A stretch of DNA of 64,000 nucleotides, from the NCBI GenBank assembly GCA_963762565.1, contig CAVXLD010000001.1, forward strand, positions 1,344,001-1,408,000, given 5' to 3'. Positions within the stretch are counted from its first letter, which is position 1. Every line of letters starts with the position of its first letter. The DNA is from an uncultured Verrucomicrobiae bacterium (lineage in GTDB: Bacteria; Verrucomicrobiota; Verrucomicrobiia; Chthoniobacterales; JAFAMB01). The notes beneath the pieces are model-generated. The model did no database searches. It was not told the origin of the DNA and worked only from the letters and a program-made list of their open reading frames with translations. Below, in pieces: positions 42,815-53,264 of the stretch. Both the position numbers and the translations under genes were made by a program.

Positions 42815-43795
42815 ATGAGCAATGTTCTCCCCGTTCTCGTCGGCGGCGAAGCCTTGTACGATTTGATTTCGGCGGATCCCGGCGCCGGGCTCGGCGGGAC
42901 GAAAACTTTTCAGAAGAGGCCGGGCGGCTCCCCGTTTAACATCGCGGTTGGAATTCGTCGTTTAGACACGCCAGCGGCGTTCGTAGGAAAGGTCGGCGAC
43001 GATCAATTTGGCGAGGCGTTGGTCGATTTCTTGAAGAATGAAGGGATCGAAGTTGACCTGATCGTCCGGGAACCGGGTACAAAGACCACGTTGGCATTTG
43101 TGGCCGTGGATGCGGCCGGCAAGGTCGATTTTCGGTTTTACCGTGACAATGCTGCGGATCCATCTCTTCGGACGGCCGAGCTCAAACCAATCGATCCGAA
43201 GCGTTACTCGTTTTATCATTGCGGCGGTATCGTGCTCGCCCAGGAACCTACCGCGTCAGCCTATCTATCGGTGGTCGATCGGTTCACCGCGCAGGGAGTT
43301 CCGGTATCGCTTGATCCGACGATTCGTAAGTCGCTGATTTCAGATGAGGCCACCTACCTCACCCGGTTGTTGCGCCTGGCCGAAAAGGTCGCCGTGCTGA
43401 AGGTCAGCGATGAAGAACTCGCTTTTTTAACTCGGGTCGACGATCCGGATGAAGCTGTGCCGTTGCTCCGGGTACCGGTCGGCTCTCTGGTCATCGTCAC
43501 ACGCGGTGCAGACGGGGCTGCTATTTATCGCGATGGCGAGAAATTGGTCGGTGTGCCCAGCTTCCCGGTTAAAGTGGTCGAGACCACCGGCTGCGGAGAC
43601 TGTTTCATGGCGGCAATCCTGGCTCAACTGGCAGGCAAGACCGCAAAGGAGATCGCGAGTATGACCGCGGAGCAACTACAGCCGATCGCCCGATTTGCTA
43701 ACGCCGCAGCTGCCATCGTCGCTACGCGTTATGGAGCCGCCGATGCGAACCCGACCAGGGCCGAGGTGGAGTCGTTCCTAGCGGAGGCGAGATAG
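42815..43795 (+). CDS. PfkB family carbohydrate kinase (fructokinase-like)
   Basis: GGSPFNIA, GKVGDDQFG, KVSDEEL, ETTGCGDCF. Confidence 0.92.
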   Translation: MSNVLPVLVGGEALYDLISADPGAGLGGTKTFQKRPGGSPFNIAVGIRRLDTPAAFVGKVGDDQFGEALVDFLKNEGIEVDLIVREPGTKTTLAFVAVDAAGKVDFRFYRDNAADPSLRTAELKPIDPKRYSFYHCGGIVLAQEPTASAYLSVVDRFTAQGVPVSLDPTIRKSLISDEATYLTRLLRLAEKVAVLKVSDEELAFLTRVDDPDEAVPLLRVPVGSLVIVTRGADGAAIYRDGEKLVGVPSFPVKVVETTGCGDCFMAAILAQLAGKTAKEIASMTAEQLQPIARFANAAAAIVATRYGAADANPTRAEVESFLAEAR

Positions 43796-43843
43796 TTTCC
43801 CGAAGAAAAGCCACCAGACATGGTACCGCGCGGGCCTGCGGTG

Positions 43844-43952
43844 AAAGTGGACGCAGTGGACAAAGTGGACCGAGTGAACTCGTCGACGTCAAAGTTCGGG
43901 AAAGCGTTGTCTACTCCGTCTACTTGGTCCACTACGTCCACTTTTGTCTACT
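43844..43952. repeat. Inverted GTGGAC-unit 9-mer repeat element, copy 2
   Basis: aaagtggacgcagtggacaaagtggaccgagtgaac ... gtctactccgtctacttggtccactacgtccacttt. Confidence 0.85.
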
Positions 43953-43969
43953 TGTGGTGCACCCCCAAC

Positions 43970-44728
43970 TCAGATCCTCAGCATCTTTCGCCGGTATTCT
44001 TCATCCTGGCGATTCTCGATCCGTTCGATCTCTGTGGCCGGTAGATGCCGGAGACCGCCCAGTAAATGGGCGCCGCTGAAAATCTCGGCCGCTTTTACCG
44101 TCATTAACATTGCGGCTCGCACCGCTTGGGCGGACGAACCTATGGTGATGACTCCATGATTCCGTAGCAAGATCACCCGAGGCAATCTGCCGTGCGTTCG
44201 GCGGAATTCCTCCACATCTTTGCGGATCCGCTTAGCTAAAGCCAGACCCGGATCAACGTAGGGAATCAGCAACGATATTGGTCCACAACAGACGATTTCA
44301 TCCGGGCATTGCCGATTTTCGCTGAAGGTTCTGGCCAATCCGGAGCAAAGAATTCGATTAACTTGGATCGGGTGAGCGTGACCGACGAAATTAATTTCCG
44401 GCAGACTCAGCAAGTAAGCATGGAAAAATGTCTCCACCGAGGGTTTGAAAGCGGCCGAATGGCTACGGCACTCTAGCAAACAGGTCTCGACCTCAGTATC
44501 CGACACGTCATCCCGGTCCATCAATGCGAGCAACCGCTCAAACCGGCAAAGAGTTAACTGGTTGGCAGTCAAGGTTTGCAGACTACTACCGCTGGATTTG
44601 ACGAAGAACGTCTGCTCATCGACGCGACAGGATGTATTCCCTTCGCCCAGGATAACGAGACCGCTCTCCCCAAACTCGTGAGAAAGGGCTAACAGCTCTG
44701 GCAGAACTGCCGATTGATCAAATGACAT
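43970..44728 (-). CDS. Class II aldolase/adducin family protein
   Basis: GEGNTS, PSVETFFH, GHAHP, LRNHG. Confidence 0.9.
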   Translation of the reverse strand: MSFDQSAVLPELLALSHEFGESGLVILGEGNTSCRVDEQTFFVKSSGSSLQTLTANQLTLCRFERLLALMDRDDVSDTEVETCLLECRSHSAAFKPSVETFFHAYLLSLPEINFVGHAHPIQVNRILCSGLARTFSENRQCPDEIVCCGPISLLIPYVDPGLALAKRIRKDVEEFRRTHGRLPRVILLRNHGVITIGSSAQAVRAAMLMTVKAAEIFSGAHLLGGLRHLPATEIERIENRQDEEYRRKMLRI

Positions 44729-44809
44729 CTGGTGTACCGTGTCGCCCAGGAGTTCGAGGAGTTCAAGGGACAGGAGTGGTAGGGCGGGGCTCAGGAAAAG
44801 GTCTCTTTT

Positions 44810-45019
44810 GGTGGGGCGAGGCTCCCGAAATGCCAATCAATTCTCCCAGAGCAGAGCGCATAGACGCTAACCTTTGGATCAGCAACGCCCAGAGGTGCGC
44901 CGAGCCGTGGCCCACGATAGACCACGGCTCGGCGCGTTTAATGGTGTGACCACGCTGTCCAGCGGGAAGCACCACAGACTTCGTCTTAACTATGGGTTTT
45001 TCGGGAGCCTCGCCCCACC
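44810..45019. repeat. REP/MITE-like family B, 210-bp copy 1
   Basis: ggtggggcgaggctcccgaa ... ttcgggagcctcgccccacc with central hairpin cgccgagccgtgg-N11-ccacggctcggcg. Confidence 0.88.
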
Positions 45020-45050
45020 AAAATCCTATTCCGGAGCCTCGCCCTACCAG

Positions 45051-46649
45051 CTAGAATTCTCCGCAGAAGTGCACTTTCAGACCTAGCTCAGACATAACAG
45101 CAGCCTTGGCAAACATGGCCGTGCGAGCACTGCCTCGATCATTGGCGTAGGCTACCTGGATATGATTGGATTTGTGCCGAGCCATCATTTGATCTCGCGT
45201 TATTCCGTGGAGCACGGCATGCATAATAGGCCATTGCGGGGTGGTTAACGCCCAGCGTTCCTGAGTTTCTTTTTCTGGCAATTTCACCACCTCACCAATC
45301 CCGGTATCAAAGCAAAGATCGCCGTCATCGATAAAAATCCGGCTCCAAACGGTCCAGCCTGGCTTACTGACGCCTTTGCAAGTTCCACCGCCCAAACGGA
45401 AATACATGGGAGGCTGCCGTTCGCTGGAGGTACCCCCGTAACCATTAATGAAGTGATTAGGTGGTGCACCGCCACTGATCAAGAACACCCATACGTAGGC
45501 GTCCAATTTATCATCTTGATATTGCCGGCCCCAGCGCAGGTCGTGCAACGTGGTCTCCGGCGGCAGTTTCAACTCGTTCCATACTTCTTTCGTAATTAAG
45601 GCGTCGAGTCCGGCGCATTCATCCACCTCGTTGAAATGAGGCAACGGTTGCCCGGCATAAAGCTCTTGGCCGGTGACTTCATCGTAAACCGGTGGCCGGT
45701 CGCTGTTATTCAAAAGCCCTTCCACCAGGTCGGACGCCGGAGTCAGATCCTTCAGTCCCTGTTGGTATTGGATGCCGATAGCCGCGCAGCCGAACTCGGA
45801 CGCTATCCGGGTCGCGGCCACATACATCTTACACTGTTGCAATACCTGAGATTCAGTCAGGTCAGTTTCCTCGTTGGGGCCGTAGTTAAACTTGACTCCT
45901 TTTTTAACCAACCAGTCGTACACTCGGTGCGCTTCTTCATCCGGGATAGTTAACATCCTGGCGTAGAGCGTCGATTGGCTAAGTCGCTCTTTGAAAATTC
46001 CCAGCGGGCTCAGCAGTTCATCAGGAATAATGGCGTTGTACATCCCCATGCAGCCTTCATCGAACACACCCAAGATGTACTGTTGTTCGCGGATGGAAGT
46101 GGCTAACCGTTCTCCCAGTCTTCTGGGCTCACCCGGGATCTTCACTTCCTTGAATTTCATTACGTGGGAAGTGTCATGATTGACCTTATCTGAGGCTAAC
46201 CATTGCCTTAGCTTTTTGACGAAAAATTTATCTCGAAATTCTTCACTCCATAGGCTGCTGTACTTGATCCCAGCCTTGGTCAGCCCACCGTTGAGATTTA
46301 GCAGGCCAACTAAGCCAGGCCAAGTACCGCTCCAGTTGGCTACGGTCAGCTTTGTTCCCTGGTGCGCAAAAAGGCCCGGCAAAATGTGTTGGCTATATTG
46401 CCAGACAGACTCCGCCACGACGACCGGCGCATCTTTCGGAATAGTCCGAAACACCTGCATCCCCATTTTCTGGCTATCGATAAAGCCGTGACCCTTCTTC
46501 TGATCGAAGGGGTGGGCGCGCTTGACTGAGAACCCCTCTTTTTGGATGGCCTCTACGAGCGCTTTTTCCATCGCCGCTTGGGCCGGTTCGCACTTCTGAT
46601 TTGCCGAAAGGCGAAGGTCGCCGTTGGCGACTAGATACACTGTATTCAT
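45051..46649 (-). CDS. L-fucose/L-arabinose isomerase-like protein
   Basis: NWSGTWPGLVG, DEGCMGM, HFNEVDE, HKSNHIQV; sugar catabolic context. Confidence 0.8.
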   Translation of the reverse strand: MNTVYLVANGDLRLSANQKCEPAQAAMEKALVEAIQKEGFSVKRAHPFDQKKGHGFIDSQKMGMQVFRTIPKDAPVVVAESVWQYSQHILPGLFAHQGTKLTVANWSGTWPGLVGLLNLNGGLTKAGIKYSSLWSEEFRDKFFVKKLRQWLASDKVNHDTSHVMKFKEVKIPGEPRRLGERLATSIREQQYILGVFDEGCMGMYNAIIPDELLSPLGIFKERLSQSTLYARMLTIPDEEAHRVYDWLVKKGVKFNYGPNEETDLTESQVLQQCKMYVAATRIASEFGCAAIGIQYQQGLKDLTPASDLVEGLLNNSDRPPVYDEVTGQELYAGQPLPHFNEVDECAGLDALITKEVWNELKLPPETTLHDLRWGRQYQDDKLDAYVWVFLISGGAPPNHFINGYGGTSSERQPPMYFRLGGGTCKGVSKPGWTVWSRIFIDDGDLCFDTGIGEVVKLPEKETQERWALTTPQWPIMHAVLHGITRDQMMARHKSNHIQVAYANDRGSARTAMFAKAAVMSELGLKVHFCGEF

Positions 46650-46867
46650 AAATGCTGATACACGCTCACACGCATCTGGTTGAGACTAGGCATGTCTGAA
46701 TGGCACGACCGGGAGACGACCATGTGCCGACCTTGGCTGCATAGGGGGACTGACCTCCACGGTGAGTAACTCGCCCCTTAGTAAACACATTGCAGGGAGA
46801 TTCGTCCAGTGAGCGGAACTAATTTTTTAATGAACCCGCTGGAACAAGGCTCTCGATGATCTCTATT

Positions 46868-47078
46868 GGTGGGGCGAGGCTCCCGAAATGCCAAACGACT
46901 CTCCCAGAGCAGCTTGCGGGGACACCAACCCATCGATCCACAAGGCCGATACGTGCGGCGAGCCGTGGCCCACGATAGACCACGGCTCGGCGCGTTTAAT
47001 GGTGTAATTAACCTAGTCGGCCGCAAGGAGCACGAACTTTCGACCTAACCATGGATTGTTCGGGAGCCTCGCCCCACC
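46868..47078. repeat. REP/MITE-like family B, 211-bp copy 2
   Basis: Same termini and near-identical central hairpin as 44810-45019. Confidence 0.88.
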
Positions 47079-47102
47079 AAAACAATCGCCTCTACCAGGC
47101 CC

Positions 47103-47633
47103 TTACCATGTCCTAAACTGGCTAACGACCGCGTACACCAAAAGAGACGAGAGCAGGATTGCCAGTGCGAAACTGCCGCCGATGATTCCGAAAACGAATA
47201 TCCAATCTCCTCGGGTGACGGGGTTACCTTGACCCGCATATTTCTGGAGCAACCGGTAATTTTGCTGATTCGCTTTGAAAATAAAAGTCACGAAATCTCC
47301 GATGACGGGGATTCCTTGAAAAAGAGCATTCAACAATACGTTCAGACCCATCCGGGCCAAAACGATCTTGGGTAGACGGTGCTTTACACTACGTAAAAGA
47401 ACCGAAGCGGAGATTACCGCATCGATCTGGTCGCCGACCACCGGGATAAAGCCGATGAGCGGGTTAGCGCCAAACCGGAATTTCGTCCCTGGCACCCGGA
47501 ACAGAGAATCCATGACATGAGCGACCCCGCCGATGGCGGCGTCAATCTCGGTGGTGCCGTGATGCTTACGATCAGCCGGCAAAACTTCGCATTCGACTTC
47601 TTCTACGTCCGTTTTTTGGTGCGGCGCTTTCAC
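47103..47633 (-). CDS. DUF4112 family membrane protein
   Basis: MDSLFRVPGTKFRFG, IGFIPVVGD, IPVIGD, FKAN. Confidence 0.88.
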   Translation of the reverse strand: MKAPHQKTDVEEVECEVLPADRKHHGTTEIDAAIGGVAHVMDSLFRVPGTKFRFGANPLIGFIPVVGDQIDAVISASVLLRSVKHRLPKIVLARMGLNVLLNALFQGIPVIGDFVTFIFKANQQNYRLLQKYAGQGNPVTRGDWIFVFGIIGGSFALAILLSSLLVYAVVSQFRTW

Positions 47634-47699
47634 GGCCTACGCGAAACTACACCGGAATGGAGCTTCGCGGTAAGGAGAAAAATTCGTTCGGCTTTCGCC

Positions 47700-49175
47700 C
47701 TACCCCGGAATCTCCCGCAGCATCTGGGCGTTAGTCGGGAATTTCTTCAAAAACGAAAGCAGGCGTTCGATGGCTTCGACTGGCCGATGGCCGGCCAAGC
47801 CTCGCCGGATCGTATTGATCTTCTCCAGGTCGTTAGCCGGGATCAATAATTCTTCTCGCCGAGTACCAGACTTGAAAATATCTATGGCTGGGTACACCCG
47901 CTGATCGCTGACCTGGCGGTCCAAAACCATCTCCATATTTCCAGTACCTTTGAACTCCTGGAAGATGAGCTCATCCATCTTGGAACCGGTCTCAATCAAC
48001 GCCGTGGCCATAATGGTAAGCGAACCCGCTTCTTCGGTGTTTCGAGCTGCAGCGAATAGTTTCCGTGGGATTTCCATGGCTCTTGCATCCATACCGCCGC
48101 TCATGGTGCGTCCGCTGTTCGACATCGCGTTGTTAAAGGCGCGACCGATTCGGGTCAACGAATCCATCAACACGAACGCATCTTTGCCGGCTTCCACCAA
48201 ACGCTTGGCCCGCTCGATGGCCAGCTGTGCGATCCGGGTATGGCTTTTGATATCGCTATCATTCGAGCTGGCCATGATATCCGCTTGCGGGACTGTTCGC
48301 CGGATCTCGGTCACTTCCTCTGGGCGCTCGTCGACCAGCAAAATAATCAGATAAACTTCCGGATGATTCCGCACAACCGCGTCCGCGATATGCTGAAGGA
48401 GCGTGGTTTTTCCTGTGCGGGGCGGCGCCACGATGAGTCCGCGCTGGCCTTTACCCACCGGGGTCATCAGGTCCATTACTCGGGTGGTATAACGATCCGG
48501 AACCGTTTCTAACCGAATCCGGCTCTTCGGATTCAGCGAGGTTAGCTCTTCAAATACCGGCAAATTCCGGTATCGGTCCGGGTGTTCTTCGTTGATTTCG
48601 GTTAGCCTAAAAAGCTGCGACCCACGGCTACCGCGCCGAATCTCACCTTTTATCCACAAGCCATCTCGTAAGGCATGTTTTCTAACCACTTCCGGGGTTA
48701 CAAAAATGTCTTGGGGAGATTGAACATAATTTCTCTTAGGATCACGCAAGAACCCGAATCCTTTGCCAGAGACTTCGATTAAGCCCTCGCCATAGACCGG
48801 TTCCGGTCGCGTCGGTTCGGTAATCGTCGCCGCCTCTGGCTGAACATTTTCTCTACCATTGTCACCGCTGATGGATGCCGGTTCCGCACTCCGTTCAATT
48901 ATCGGGGTAGGATCGGATTTAGCTTCGGTAACCACTGTATCCACTCGCGGAGCGGTTTGATGGTTACGGGGAGATTCCGGGGAGGCTTCTACCGGGGCCA
49001 GATTCAACTCGGCCTCCTGATTCTTGGCTACCGGTTTCTTGACCCGCCTAGCACCAGTCTTGCCGCTGGTTGTCTTCTTGTTAGTCGCCGCGGCCGCTGC
49101 TCGAGCCCGTTTCACCTTTTTCTCGGGTGTAACTTCCTCACTAACGACTGCCGACTGCTCATCTAAGTCTGCCAT
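47700..49175 (-). CDS. rho: Transcription termination factor Rho
   Basis: GFGFLR, GKGQRGLIVAPPRTGKT, DERPEEVT, EFKGTGNME, SGTRREELL. Confidence 0.98.
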   Translation of the reverse strand: MADLDEQSAVVSEEVTPEKKVKRARAAAAATNKKTTSGKTGARRVKKPVAKNQEAELNLAPVEASPESPRNHQTAPRVDTVVTEAKSDPTPIIERSAEPASISGDNGRENVQPEAATITEPTRPEPVYGEGLIEVSGKGFGFLRDPKRNYVQSPQDIFVTPEVVRKHALRDGLWIKGEIRRGSRGSQLFRLTEINEEHPDRYRNLPVFEELTSLNPKSRIRLETVPDRYTTRVMDLMTPVGKGQRGLIVAPPRTGKTTLLQHIADAVVRNHPEVYLIILLVDERPEEVTEIRRTVPQADIMASSNDSDIKSHTRIAQLAIERAKRLVEAGKDAFVLMDSLTRIGRAFNNAMSNSGRTMSGGMDARAMEIPRKLFAAARNTEEAGSLTIMATALIETGSKMDELIFQEFKGTGNMEMVLDRQVSDQRVYPAIDIFKSGTRREELLIPANDLEKINTIRRGLAGHRPVEAIERLLSFLKKFPTNAQMLREIPG

Positions 49176-49224
49176 AACATCCAACGAAATTTTCCTTAAT
49201 TCAGTTCTAAATCGAGTCTAACTC

Positions 49225-49974
49225 TTAGTCCGCCAGCTTGGTTGCTAACTCCTCGGAGATATCGAAATTGCCGTGTACATTTTGAACATCATCATTCTCT
49301 TCTAGCGTTTCACAGAGACGAATAATTTGTTCGGCCAGAGCCTGCTCATGAATGGTGACGGTAGTTTCAGGAACGAAAGTTAGTTTTTGTGAATCGATCG
49401 GTATAGCGTTTTGCCGGATCGCTTCTCCGACCGTATAAAGGTGATCTGGTGAAGTCGTGACGATATGAAATTCATCGTCTGAGGCCAAATCTTCTGCGCC
49501 GGCCTCAAGCACAATTTCCAACAAACGATCTTCTTCGGCCGACTCCTTTGGCACAGTGAGTTGACCTTTCCTTTTGAACAAATAAGCGACGGCTCCGGAG
49601 GCTGCCAGGTTTCCGTGATTCTTACTAAAAATACTGCGAATATCCTGTGCTGTCCGATTTTTATTATCGGTTGCCGCCTCTACTAGGAGAGCCAGACCGC
49701 CGGGGCCGTAACCTTCATAGACCAGTTCCTCGACCATTCCGCCGCCAATTTCGCCGGTTCCCTTCTTGATCGCTCGTTCTATCGTGTCATTAGGCATGTT
49801 TTGGGCGCGAGCGGCTAGCACCGCCGATCTCAGGCGCGGATTCAAATCGATACCGCCGCCCGTTCGAGCAGCTACCATGATTTCTTTTGAGAGTTTGCTA
49901 AAAAGTTTGCCGCGTTTCGCGTCGAGAGCGCCCTTAAAGCGCTTAACTTTAGACCACTTGCTATGACCCGCCAT
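49225..49974 (-). CDS. yebC: YebC/PmpR family protein
   Basis: MAGHSKW, NPRLR, YEGYGPGG, TDNKNRT. Confidence 0.96.
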   Translation of the reverse strand: MAGHSKWSKVKRFKGALDAKRGKLFSKLSKEIMVAARTGGGIDLNPRLRSAVLAARAQNMPNDTIERAIKKGTGEIGGGMVEELVYEGYGPGGLALLVEAATDNKNRTAQDIRSIFSKNHGNLAASGAVAYLFKRKGQLTVPKESAEEDRLLEIVLEAGAEDLASDDEFHIVTTSPDHLYTVGEAIRQNAIPIDSQKLTFVPETTVTIHEQALAEQIIRLCETLEENDDVQNVHGNFDISEELATKLAD

Positions 49975-50146
49975 AGATTCGGGCAAAAATAGATTGAGGA
50001 CAGGGTTAAAAAGGTTCAGCAATTCCGCGCCTCTGACCGATGAGGAGACAACAGCCTGGTGAAAAAACGCCGGCTGGCGCGTTAATCTGCGATGCGACAT
50101 ACAACCCTATGCCCGCGGCTTTGTCAAGAGCGCTGGCTTCGCCACC

Positions 50147-50314
50147 AAATCGTACTCGTCCATTCGTCGTCGTCCTCGAGGCCCGAGGCCGAGGGACGCT
50201 CCAGCACAAGTCAACCACGCCGAATTCAATCTTTCCGCCGTCGAACGAGAGGCCTCTGTAGAGCCAAGCCAAGCCTTCGAGGACGAGGACGACGACGAAG
50301 GACGAGTACGATTT
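50147..50314. repeat. Inverted hexamer (CTCGTC/GACGAG) element, copy 2
   Basis: aaatcgtactcgtccattcgtcgtcgtcctcga ... tcgaggacgaggacgacgacgaaggacgagtacgattt. Confidence 0.85.
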
Positions 50315-50325
50315 ATCGCGGCCGG

Positions 50326-52146
50326 CTAGACTGCTACTTTCTGGGGGCTAGCAGCCCGTTTCCGGGCGATCGACTGCAAAATCTTCTTTCGTAACCGAAG
50401 ATTTCTCGGGGTTACTTCCACGAACTCGTCCTGGGTAATGTACTCGAGAGCGCGCTCTAAGCTCATCTTTAAAGGCGGCGCCAGCTGAATGCCTTTTCCG
50501 TCCCCTTGGCTTCGCATATTGGTGAGATGCTTTGCTTTACAAGGATTAACGGTCAAATCGTCGGGTCGAGCGTTTTCCCCTACGATCATTCCCTCGTACA
50601 CTTCTTCTTGTGGACCGATAAAGAGCCTGCCTCGCTCCTGAACGTTATTGAGGGCGTAGGCGGTCGATCCCCCTCCTTCCATTGCCACCAATACACCGTT
50701 TGACCGGCTGGAGATTTCTCCCTTGTATGACCCGTATTCCTTGAAGATATGGCTCATTGAGCCGAGACCGCGTGTAATATTCACCAGGTCTGTCTCGAAA
50801 CCGATCAACCCCCGCGTCGGAATCACGACCTCGACCAGAACGCTGTGCGGGTGATGGCTCATATTGACGATTTCAGCTTTCCTGCCCGCCAACGACTGGA
50901 GAATGTCGCCTAAGTTGTCATTTGGTACGTCGACGTACAGCGTCTCCAAAGGCTCAAGGAGCTCGCCTTGAGCGTTCCGGTGGTAGATGACTTCCGGACG
51001 CGACACCAGCAATTCAAAGCCTTCGCGGCGCATTTGCTCAACCAGGATCGCGATCTGCATCTCGCCTCGCGCGCTCACGGTGAAAACTCCGGCCACCTCA
51101 GTTTCCTCAAATTGCAAAGACACATTGGTCCGGCACTCGCGCACCAAGCGCTCTTTGATGTGGCGAGCCGTCAGGAATTTTCCCTCTCTACCGGCTAACG
51201 GCGAATCGTTAACCACGAAATTCATTTGGATCGTAGGAGGATCGATGTCCATAAACTCGACGGCTGGGCGTTCTTCCTTATCGGTAATGGTTTCACCGAT
51301 CGCTACCTCTTCAAAGCCAGCCAACCCGATAATATCGCCGGCGCCCGCATGTTTTATCTCAACCCGTTCCAAGCCTTCATGGCCGAACAACGCGGTCACA
51401 GTAGCGCGCTCCCGGCGGCCGTCCTTGTGGATCAGAACCGAGGAATCGCCAACCGAGATCCGGCCGCTAATAATCCGGCCAAAGGCAAGACGGCCCAGGT
51501 AATCGCTGTAATCCAGATTCGAGACCGGCATTTGGAAATAGGTCTCTTTCGCCACTGGTGGAGGCGGGATCTGTTTGATGATCGCCTCGAACAGAGGCTC
51601 CATATCCTTATGGGGCTCTTCAATATCGCGAATGGCGTATCCCTCCTTCGCGCTGGCGTAAATCACCGGGAAATCAAGCTGCTCATCGGTGGCGTTTAGC
51701 TCGACGAAAAGATCGAAGACCATGTCCAACACTTTGTGTGGGCGCGCGTTTTCTCGATCGATCTTATTGATCACCACGATGGGCTGGGCATGGTTCTGCA
51801 GTGCCTTACGCAACACAAATTTTGTTTGTGCTTGCGGTCCATCATGAGAATCGACCACTAAAAGCACGCCATCAACCATCTTCATGATGCGTTCGACCTC
51901 GCCCCCAAAATCCGCGTGGCCGGGCGTATCCACAATATTGACGTGATAGCCGTGGTACCTGAACGCCGCGTTCTTGGCCTTGATGGTGATGCCTTTTTCG
52001 CGCTCGAGATCCATCGAGTCCATGACTCGTTCCTCGACCTTTTGGTTGGCGCGAAAGGTGCCCGATTGCCGAAGCAATTGATCAACTAAAGTGGTTTTAC
52101 CGTGATCAACGTGCGCAATAATTGCGATGTTCCGAATCTTATCCAT
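50326..52146 (-). CDS. typA: Translational GTPase TypA/BipA
   Basis: AHVDHGKTT, DTPGHADFGGEVER, NKID, KHLTNMRS. Confidence 0.98.
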   Translation of the reverse strand: MDKIRNIAIIAHVDHGKTTLVDQLLRQSGTFRANQKVEERVMDSMDLEREKGITIKAKNAAFRYHGYHVNIVDTPGHADFGGEVERIMKMVDGVLLVVDSHDGPQAQTKFVLRKALQNHAQPIVVINKIDRENARPHKVLDMVFDLFVELNATDEQLDFPVIYASAKEGYAIRDIEEPHKDMEPLFEAIIKQIPPPPVAKETYFQMPVSNLDYSDYLGRLAFGRIISGRISVGDSSVLIHKDGRRERATVTALFGHEGLERVEIKHAGAGDIIGLAGFEEVAIGETITDKEERPAVEFMDIDPPTIQMNFVVNDSPLAGREGKFLTARHIKERLVRECRTNVSLQFEETEVAGVFTVSARGEMQIAILVEQMRREGFELLVSRPEVIYHRNAQGELLEPLETLYVDVPNDNLGDILQSLAGRKAEIVNMSHHPHSVLVEVVIPTRGLIGFETDLVNITRGLGSMSHIFKEYGSYKGEISSRSNGVLVAMEGGGSTAYALNNVQERGRLFIGPQEEVYEGMIVGENARPDDLTVNPCKAKHLTNMRSQGDGKGIQLAPPLKMSLERALEYITQDEFVEVTPRNLRLRKKILQSIARKRAASPQKVAV

Positions 52147-52229
52147 AGTCCCCCCCGGGAGTGGGGAAGATGATCGTAGAGGAGGCTCTCGTCAATGGGC
52201 TTCATCAGCGCCCTCCTTAAGATGACACA

Positions 52230-53123
52230 TCATACCATGAGTTCAGTGATTGAGCGCATCCCCAGTGACGGTTCTTCGGTATCAACCACCAAGCCGCGAG
52301 GCGCGCCGTAATCAGACCCGACGTTGACTCCAGCAAAGCCGCTCAAATCGAGAGGTCCTGCCGCCCGATGGGTGTGCCCGCACACTAAACCAGCGATTCG
52401 GGTCGAATAAGGTCGCAACATTTCGCCCATCGCCCGGTTGCCCAAATACGCTCGGAAAAAGGCGCGAATCGGCGGGTTTTCCGGGTCAAGCATCGAGGAA
52501 TCCGGAATCCCCAAAAGCTCTTCAAACGGGGGAGTATGCAGCGTTATAAAAATCCGGGCAGAATCCGTTGCCAAGATCCTGGCTTGGACAGCTTCCACCT
52601 GCGCATGAGCAACTGTGAGAACATCCGCTGACCTTGGCATCCAATCGAAGTCGCGCCAACGAAGTGTCGTATCGATCGGCGGCCGGCCACGTAAATAATG
52701 GTCGCGGGTGACAATTTTCCCCTCGTAGCGTAGCTCGGGAACGGCGAAACCGAGATCGTAATGGCCGTAGCCTCCCACGAATACTAGTTCCTCAAAGCAG
52801 AAATTCTCTTGGTCCAGCAGCGTCACGTCGTATCGCTGGGCTGGAGTTTGCCAGAACTGTTCCAAGGTCGCTCCCAAGGTTCTACACCCAGCAGCGGCGC
52901 CACCCCAGAAATCATGGTTACCAAGCACAACGATGATGGGCCCATGAGGAAAAAGGCGGCGAAGTTCGCACAGGGCCGTATCCGCCTCAGCCGCCACCGC
53001 TAGATCTCCTGCGATCAGCAGTGCGTCAGGGCCCGCCTCCCGCACCCATCGGGCGAGCGTGGCAAGCACGATCGGGCGCCAGACCCGGACGAGGTGGAGA
53101 TCAGCGGTAACCAGCAGCTTCAT
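52230..53123 (-). CDS. Calcineurin-like metallophosphoesterase
   Basis: ADLH, IAGDL, LGNHD, CGHTH. Confidence 0.9.
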   Translation of the reverse strand: MKLLVTADLHLVRVWRPIVLATLARWVREAGPDALLIAGDLAVAAEADTALCELRRLFPHGPIIVVLGNHDFWGGAAAGCRTLGATLEQFWQTPAQRYDVTLLDQENFCFEELVFVGGYGHYDLGFAVPELRYEGKIVTRDHYLRGRPPIDTTLRWRDFDWMPRSADVLTVAHAQVEAVQARILATDSARIFITLHTPPFEELLGIPDSSMLDPENPPIRAFFRAYLGNRAMGEMLRPYSTRIAGLVCGHTHRAAGPLDLSGFAGVNVGSDYGAPRGLVVDTEEPSLGMRSITELMV

Positions 53124-53130
53124 TGTGAAT

Positions 53131-53264
53131 AATAGCCGATCGCCAATAGCCGATCGCCAATAAAACTATTCCCCGAGCAACTTCTACCCATCGAATTCAT
53201 TTCGTGGCGCAGGCCGAGCGCCATTTTTCTCGCTTTGCGCATTGGCTATCGGCTATTGGCTATT
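53131..53264. repeat. Empty copy of the AATAGCC inverted-arm element
   Basis: aatagccgatcgccaatagccgatcgccaataa ... attggctatcggctattggctatt. Confidence 0.85.

Noticed and set aside
46650..46800. Riboswitch upstream of the sugar isomerase
   Set aside because: No known riboswitch consensus recognisable by eye.
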